Source: Haloplanus halophilus (lineage in GTDB: Archaea; Halobacteriota; Halobacteria; Halobacteriales; Haloferacaceae). Taken from it: DNA of 32,000 bases. The notes under the pieces were generated by a model. The model was given only the letters and a program-made list of their open reading frames with translations. It ran no database searches and was not told the DNA's origin. The first letter of the stretch is position 1, and each line of letters starts with the position of its first letter. Below are positions 27,724 to 32,000 of this stretch, in pieces. Both the position numbers and the translations under genes were made by a program. The stretch spans positions 1,987,998 to 2,019,997 of the forward strand of contig NZ_CP098514.1 in assembly GCF_023703775.1 (NCBI RefSeq). The letters run 5' to 3'.

Positions 27724-27959
27724 CCGTCATCCGCCAGCCGACGAGTCCGCTCTTTCGACTTCTGCGTGGATTTCTCGCGGGCGTCTCGGACGCGGTCGGC
27801 GTGTTCGTCTGACCACCGACCAAACCCGGCGAGCAGGTCGCGGTCGTCTTCGAGCATACGCCGTAGCACGTCGTTGTAGCTCTCCCCCTCCCTCCGCCGA
27901 CGGTCCAGTTCTCGCTTCACCGTGTCGCTCACTCGAATCTGTTCGTCAGCGGTTGACAT
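27720..27959 (-). CDS. vapB: VapB-type antitoxin (cassette 2)
   Basis: The internal ATG at 27959-27957 of ORF 27720-28094 gives 79 aa, MSTADEQIRVSDTVKRELDRRRREGESYNDVLRRML. It is the same family as the cassette 1 antitoxin. Confidence 0.8.
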   Translation of the reverse strand: MSTADEQIRVSDTVKRELDRRRREGESYNDVLRRMLEDDRDLLAGFGRWSDEHADRVRDAREKSTQKSKERTRRLADDG

Positions 27960-28005
27960 CTTACGTTGACGTTGGCGTTGACACGGCTTAGTCGTTGGGC
28001 TTCGG

Positions 28006-28039
28006 GCCAGTCGACTTTCTGGCGCTCTCGATCCTGCGC
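28006..28039 (-). promoter_or_regulatory. Conserved upstream block of vapB (copy 2)
   Basis: GCCAGTCGACTTTCT is followed by an 8-nt insert and then CGATCCTGCGC. The 15-mer again begins exactly 47 nt upstream of the vapB-2 ATG. Confidence 0.5.
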
Positions 28040-28171
28040 CACCGGAGAAAACGTCCCCCGACGGTGATCGGGAAACGTCTCCGGATCGTTCCACCTGCCC
28101 CCGTCACAGACCAGCGACGGACCACGACCCCCGGCGCACCTGAGGGACGCTCCTCGTCGACGATGTCTCCG

Positions 28172-28201
28172 GTTTCAGACGGCACCCTCGTGAGGTTGCC
28201 C
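28172..28201 (+). CRISPR. Degenerate terminal CRISPR repeat
   Basis: GTTTCAGACGGCACCCTCGTGAGGTTGCCC aligns with the repeat at about 24 of 31 columns with one indel (GTTTCAGA, GG, ACCCT, GTG and GGTTG blocks kept). It is in the same orientation, 846 nt after R11. Confidence 0.6.
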
Positions 28202-28287
28202 TCCGACAACGACGATCGGGTGATCCAGATACGACGTTTCGGGCGGGCGTTGGCGGCGGTGCCCGATTCGGCGCGAGCGCCCCGCCC

Positions 28288-28959
28288 TCACGCCAGCGCC
28301 TCGACCAGCGCCGCCCCCTCCACGAACGGCACGTCGTGTCGTCGGGCGTACGTCCGCGCGTCGGCCGTCGAGAGCGCCCCGCCGGTGTCGTCGTCGAGCA
28401 TCTCACAGCCGGCGACCGCAGGGGCGACGCCGGCCTCGCGGGCCAGCGCCAGCCCCAGTTCCGTATGGCCGCGGCGCTCGCTCAGGAGTCCCGGTGCCGC
28501 CCGGAGGAGGTGGACGTGGCCCGGCGTCCGGAACTCCGCCGCGAAGTCGTCGACGCCGTAGTCGTCGTCCCCGCTCACCTCGCCGAGACGGCGGATGGTC
28601 AGCGCCCGGTCGTCGTCGGTCACGCCGGTGAAGCCGTCGCGATGGTTGACCGTCAGCGAGAACGACGGATGGGCGTCGTACCCCAGGTCGGTGTGGTCGT
28701 TCGCTGGGTGGTCGAGTTCCTCGTGGAGGAAGGGCAGGTCGAACCGCTCGGCGACGGCGTCGGTGAGGGCGACGAAGACGAGGCCGCCGCCGTCGTTGCG
28801 CAGGCGTCCGACGGCCGCCGGCGTCACCGCGCTCGCGGGATAGAGGAGGTCGGTCTCTCCCTCGCGGTCGTCGGCGTCGTGAACGAGCACCGGGTCGCCG
28901 TCGCGGAAGGCGGCGACGACCCGGTCGAGCGCGCCGACCGCCTCGCTCCGGCCCCGCAT
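28288..28959 (-). CDS. ribB: 3,4-dihydroxy-2-butanone 4-phosphate synthase
   Basis: The internal ATG at 28959-28957 of ORF 28288-29571 gives 223 aa, ...VLVHDADDREGETDLLYPA...GHVHLLRA...RRGHTELGLALA.... It starts 2 nt after the ribK stop. Confidence 0.9.
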   Translation of the reverse strand: MRGRSEAVGALDRVVAAFRDGDPVLVHDADDREGETDLLYPASAVTPAAVGRLRNDGGGLVFVALTDAVAERFDLPFLHEELDHPANDHTDLGYDAHPSFSLTVNHRDGFTGVTDDDRALTIRRLGEVSGDDDYGVDDFAAEFRTPGHVHLLRAAPGLLSERRGHTELGLALAREAGVAPAVAGCEMLDDDTGGALSTADARTYARRHDVPFVEGAALVEALA

Positions 28960-28961
28960 CG

Positions 28962-29672
28962 TCACGCGTCCCCCAGGTGAACCGTCAGGCGGTCCCCGTC
29001 CGAGAGGTCGAGTGCGTCCCGGAGTTTGTCCGGAGCGATGAGTTCGAGCTGGGTGGCGTCGTGGTGGGTGCGGTCCGGGACGATGACGTGGGCGCCGTCG
29101 TACGACTCGCCGTCGACCTCGACCCGAGCCGCGTAACACGTCGCCGGTCCGAAGGTGCGCTCGTCGTCCTCCCACCCGTCGATGGGCGTCGCGCCGGTTT
29201 CGAGGGCGTCCATCTCCCCGCGGGCCCGGACGCTTTCGGGAGTCAGTTCGACGTTGAGCGTCCCGGGGAACGGCTCGTAGCCCAGGCGCTCGCGGAACTG
29301 CGTCATGTAGCCGGACAGCGAGATGTAGTGACGCCCCTCGCCCATGCCGCTCGTGACGGTGCCGTCGAGGGAGAGTGCCGCCTCGTCCTCGAACAGCCGC
29401 CGGTAGTCGGCGTACTCGCGCCTGAGCGCCGCCGCCCCGTCGTCGGTGAGGGCGACGAACTGCCCGTCCGCCAGCACCTCCCGGTCGAGGAGGCCGGCGT
29501 CGTCCAGCCGCTGGAGTCGTCGAGAGGCCGTCTGGGCCGACGTGCCGAGGCGATCGGCCAGGCCGGAACACGAGACCTTCGTCCGCCCCGAGAGGCCCCC
29601 GTCGAGTCCGATCCGCTTCAGGGCGGCGAGTTCGTCGTGCCCGACCGACGACGCCGCTGCGCTCTCTGCCAT
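28962..29672 (-). CDS. ribK: CTP-dependent riboflavin kinase fused to an N-terminal winged-helix DNA-binding domain (RbkR-type)
   Basis: 236 aa. The N-terminal HTH is [29 protein letters not shown]. The C-terminal kinase domain has GEGRHYISL and FPGTLNVEL. Confidence 0.88.
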   Translation of the reverse strand: MAESAAASSVGHDELAALKRIGLDGGLSGRTKVSCSGLADRLGTSAQTASRRLQRLDDAGLLDREVLADGQFVALTDDGAAALRREYADYRRLFEDEAALSLDGTVTSGMGEGRHYISLSGYMTQFRERLGYEPFPGTLNVELTPESVRARGEMDALETGATPIDGWEDDERTFGPATCYAARVEVDGESYDGAHVIVPDRTHHDATQLELIAPDKLRDALDLSDGDRLTVHLGDA

Positions 29673-29694
29673 ACCCGGGCTTGTTACTCGCCGC

Positions 29695-29720
29695 GTATAA
29701 GCATACCGAATACGGTATGC
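29695..29720 (-). promoter_or_regulatory. ribK promoter: TATA box plus adjacent perfect palindrome (candidate RbkR operator)
   Basis: On the minus strand, TTATAC (29700-29695) is centred about 26 nt before the ATG. Immediately upstream lies GCATACCG-AATA-CGGTATGC (29701-29720). Confidence 0.5.
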
Positions 29721-29798
29721 ATCTCGAAATCGTGATGGAGTGTCGTCGGGCGGGTCACGGCGGTCGCTCGCCTTCCGGGCGACGCGGTCCGTTCTCGG

Positions 29799-29927
29799 TC
29801 ACGCCGGCAGGGCGACGCCGGCGATCAGCGACCCGCCGACGGCCGACACCGCGAACGCGCCGATACCGAGAGCGAGCAACAGAAACAGCAGTACCCACCA
29901 GAGTGGAATCGCGTTCGACTCTTGCAT
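29799..29927 (-). CDS. Possible 42-aa single/double-TM micro-protein
   Basis: My translation is MQESNAIPLWWVLLFLLLALGIGAFAVSAVGGSLIAGVALPA. It is below the track cut-off, and the only support is hydrophobic coherence and the intergenic position. Confidence 0.3.
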   Translation of the reverse strand: MQESNAIPLWWVLLFLLLALGIGAFAVSAVGGSLIAGVALPA

Positions 29928-29966
29928 ACCTACCCGTCGTCGTGGCGTCCCCAAAAAACAACCCCT

Positions 29967-30962
29967 TCAGCCCAGGAGCCAGCGGAGGAACCCGGAGCGC
30001 TCGCTCCCCGCTTCGTCCTCGCGGTCCGCCTCCGTGTCGTCGTCCGTGTCGTCGTCGGTTCCGTCGTCCGCATCGTCGAGCGTGACGGAGCCGTCGTCCG
30101 GCGTTCCCTCCTCGGTTTCGGTTGCTTCCGCCGACTCGCGGGCCGTCTCCTCGGCGTCGGCGACGACGACGCCGTCCGCGTCGTGTGTCGGCTCGTCGGC
30201 CGTCGGCTCGTCGGCCGTCGGCGCGAGCGCGTCGTCGTCGAGCAACTCGGCCGCGAGTCGGCGGTAGGCACCGGTCGCGGGTGCGTCGGGGGCGGCGACG
30301 ACCAGGGGGTCGCCGGCCGCTGCTGCGGCCGCCACCGCCGGGTCCTCGGGGATCGATCCGCGGACGGTGACGCCGAGGCGGTCGGCGACGGCCGCCACGC
30401 CGTCGGTCCGCGAGCGGTCGGCGGCGCGTTCCCCGTCGCCGTCCGTCGTCGCTCGCGTCACCACCGCGCCCCACACGGGCGTTCCGAACCGGTCGGCCAC
30501 CTCGCGCGTCTTCGCCGTGTCGCCCAGCGCGCCGGGTTCGGCCGTCGACACCAGAATCACCTCGTCGGCCACCCGGAGGGGTTCGACGCTGTCGTGACTC
30601 AGCCCCGCGGAGGTGTCGAGCAGGACGACGTCCGCGTCGAGGCCGTCGAGGAGCGTCGAGAGGCCGTCTGGGTCGCCCCGCCCGAAGTCGTCGAGGTCCG
30701 TCGACGCCGGGAGTACCGACAGGCCGACTGGGCCCTCGCGGACGGCCGCCGTGATCGTCGCCGTCCCCGCGAGGACGTCGTTGACGGTCGGGCCGGCGTC
30801 GACGTCCACCCCGAGGACGCCCGCCAGGTTCCCCATCCCGAGGTCGACGTCCACGGCGACCGTCTCGTGGCCCGCCTCGGCGAGGACGGCACCGAGGTTG
30901 GCAACCGTGGTGGTCTTGCCGACGCCGCCTTTCCCACTGGCGACCGCGTACACCCGGCTCAT
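29967..30962 (-). CDS. minD: MinD/ParA-family ATPase with long acidic C-terminal extension and terminal amphipathic helix (MinD4-like)
   Basis: 331 aa with the deviant Walker A SGKGGVGKTT. The ATPase core of about 230 aa is followed by an Asp/Glu/Thr-rich tail of about 90 aa, ending in SGFLRWLLG. Confidence 0.88.
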   Translation of the reverse strand: MSRVYAVASGKGGVGKTTTVANLGAVLAEAGHETVAVDVDLGMGNLAGVLGVDVDAGPTVNDVLAGTATITAAVREGPVGLSVLPASTDLDDFGRGDPDGLSTLLDGLDADVVLLDTSAGLSHDSVEPLRVADEVILVSTAEPGALGDTAKTREVADRFGTPVWGAVVTRATTDGDGERAADRSRTDGVAAVADRLGVTVRGSIPEDPAVAAAAAAGDPLVVAAPDAPATGAYRRLAAELLDDDALAPTADEPTADEPTHDADGVVVADAEETARESAEATETEEGTPDDGSVTLDDADDGTDDDTDDDTEADREDEAGSERSGFLRWLLG

Positions 30963-31018
30963 AGGTCGTCAGGAACCTCCGCCGACTGGCATATAACTTT
31001 ACTCCCCGCTCCACACGC

Positions 31019-31261
31019 TCACCGCCGCACTCGGGCCGGGCTGTCGGCTCGGATGAACGGCACGTCACCTTCCGTCTCCGCGAACGCCACGCCGCCCCCG
31101 TCGGGACGCGAGACCGCCCACGTCGGCAGTTCGGGAACGCCGTAGTCCGCCGGTTCGCAGAACTTCGACGCCACGATCCACGCACGAGCCCGCATCGGTG
31201 CTTCCCGGCCTGCCGTCTCCGTCCCCTCCGATCCGTCGTGTCGCACGGTGTCGTCGGCCAT
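31019..31261 (-). CDS. Small hypothetical acidic protein upstream of minD
   Basis: 80-aa ORF (alternative Met at 31195). Its composition is compatible with a halo-protein and it ends in FIRADSPARVRR. No family recognised. Confidence 0.4.
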   Translation of the reverse strand: MADDTVRHDGSEGTETAGREAPMRARAWIVASKFCEPADYGVPELPTWAVSRPDGGGVAFAETEGDVPFIRADSPARVRR

Positions 31262-31263
31262 GT

Positions 31264-31281
31264 TTTTAGGCCAGCCTAAAA
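31264..31281. promoter_or_regulatory. AT-rich perfect palindrome in the divergent region upstream of aRF1
   Basis: TTTTAGGC-ca-GCCTAAAA. The two halves could serve as back-to-back TATA-like elements. Confidence 0.3.
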
Positions 31282-31389
31282 CAACATAACGGTTGCGGTC
31301 TCCGGCCCCCGGGCGGTGATCGGCGGGTCGTGATGCCGGTCACGCTCCAGTCAAAGGTTACTTCACCGCGGCCGGCGCTAGATTCGCCA

Positions 31390-32000
31390 ATGAGTACCGA
31401 CACGCAGGATGCCGACGACGACCGTCGGAAATACGAGTTCCAGAAGGTCATCGAGGACCTGCGGGAGTACGAGGGCTCCGGCACCCAACTCGTCACTATC
31501 TACATCCCGCCGGACAAGCAGATCTCGGACGTCGTCGCCCACGTCACGCAGGAACACAGCGAGGCGAGCAACATCAAGTCCAAGCAGACCCGGACGAACG
31601 TCCAGGACGCGTTGACGAGCATCAAGGACCGCCTCCGCTACTACGACACCTACCCGCCCGACAACGGCATGGTGATCTTCAGCGGCGCCGTCGACTCCGG
31701 CGGCGGCCAGACCGAGATGGTGACGAAGGTCCTGGAGAGCCCGCCGGACCCCATCCAGTCGTTCCGCTACCACTGCGACTCCGATTTCCTCACCGAACCC
31801 CTGGAGGGGATGCTCACGGACAAGGGTCTGTTCGGCCTGATCGTCCTCGACCGGCGCGAGGCGAACGTCGGCTGGCTGAAGGGCAAGCGCGTCGAACCGG
31901 TCAAGTCCGCCTCCTCGCTCGTCCCCGGCAAGCAGCGGAAGGGTGGCCAGTCGGCCCAGCGGTTCGCCCGCCTGCGTCTGGAGGCCATCGACAACTTCTA
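31390..32000 (+). CDS. prf1: Peptide chain release factor aRF1 (5' part; continues beyond the right edge)
   Basis: Not in the ORF track (open at the edge). My translation from ATG 31390 is MSTDTQDADDDRRKYEFQKVIEDLREYEGSGTQLVTIYIPPDK...ASNIKSKQTR (NIKS motif)...PGKQRKGGQSAQRF (GGQ motif). Confidence 0.93.
   Translation, partial: MSTDTQDADDDRRKYEFQKVIEDLREYEGSGTQLVTIYIPPDKQISDVVAHVTQEHSEASNIKSKQTRTNVQDALTSIKDRLRYYDTYPPDNGMVIFSGAVDSGGGQTEMVTKVLESPPDPIQSFRYHCDSDFLTEPLEGMLTDKGLFGLIVLDRREANVGWLKGKRVEPVKSASSLVPGKQRKGGQSAQRFARLRLEAIDNF

Noticed and set aside
25696-28287. Search for cas genes, transposases or integrases around the array
   Set aside because: No ORF in any frame shows Cas, DDE-transposase or tyrosine-recombinase-like sequence. 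The only genes are the two vapBC pairs. ORFs 27988-28209 (minus) and 27995-28561 (plus) are Arg/Pro-rich and overlap the degenerate repeat and ribB.
29755-31185. 476-aa minus-strand ORF, and the 29922..31145 plus-strand ORF, overlapping minD
   Set aside because: Both have poly-Arg/Gly composition. The MinD frame (29967-30962) has the Walker A motif and a coherent fold pattern.

Overview
Very GC-rich, gene-dense chromosomal segment. The predicted proteins are strongly acidic and include PGF-CTERM, Tat and lipobox signals, CDP-archaeol synthase, TiaS, aRF1, Pcc1, RpoP and prefoldin beta, so the source is a haloarchaeon (class Halobacteria). I can support about 40 protein genes, with no tRNA, rRNA, transposase or cas gene. 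Most long Arg/Pro-rich ORFs in the track are wrong-frame or antisense artefacts of the GC bias. Several real genes start at internal ATGs, and three are missing from the track: the left-edge CDS, rpoP and aRF1. Left to right: two tandem HExxH surface-protein paralogs; a Tat beta-propeller; a remnant of the archaeal exosome/translation superoperon (DUF2103, rpl37ae, rpoP, pcc1, pfdB, DUF3194); truD; a NiCoT-type transporter; pth2; an actin-fold ATPase next to an orphan ArlD/E (FlaD/E)-domain protein; transporters; an overlapping AstE-like/ThrC-like pair; tiaS; an HTH regulator; small cyclase, cupin and glutaredoxin genes; an NCS2 permease; pyrE; carS; DUF502; ilvE. The accessory part is 25.7-28.2 kb. 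It holds a type I-B-like CRISPR array (30-nt repeat GTTTCAGATGGACCCTTGTGGGGTTGAAGC, 10 regularly spaced repeats). The array continues through two complete VapBC toxin-antitoxin cassettes to an 11th intact repeat and a degenerate terminal repeat, so each TA cassette occupies a spacer position. Right of the array: ribB, ribK/rbkR with an upstream palindrome, a MinD4-like ATPase and the 5' part of aRF1. Main findings: the repeat-framed TA cassettes (antisense to the array, sharing an upstream block at identical spacing), the actin/ArlDE pair, two perfect 3x hairpin-containing tandem repeats flanking carS, and a Cys-less L37Ae. All family assignments come from motif recognition by eye; no database search or statistics were run.
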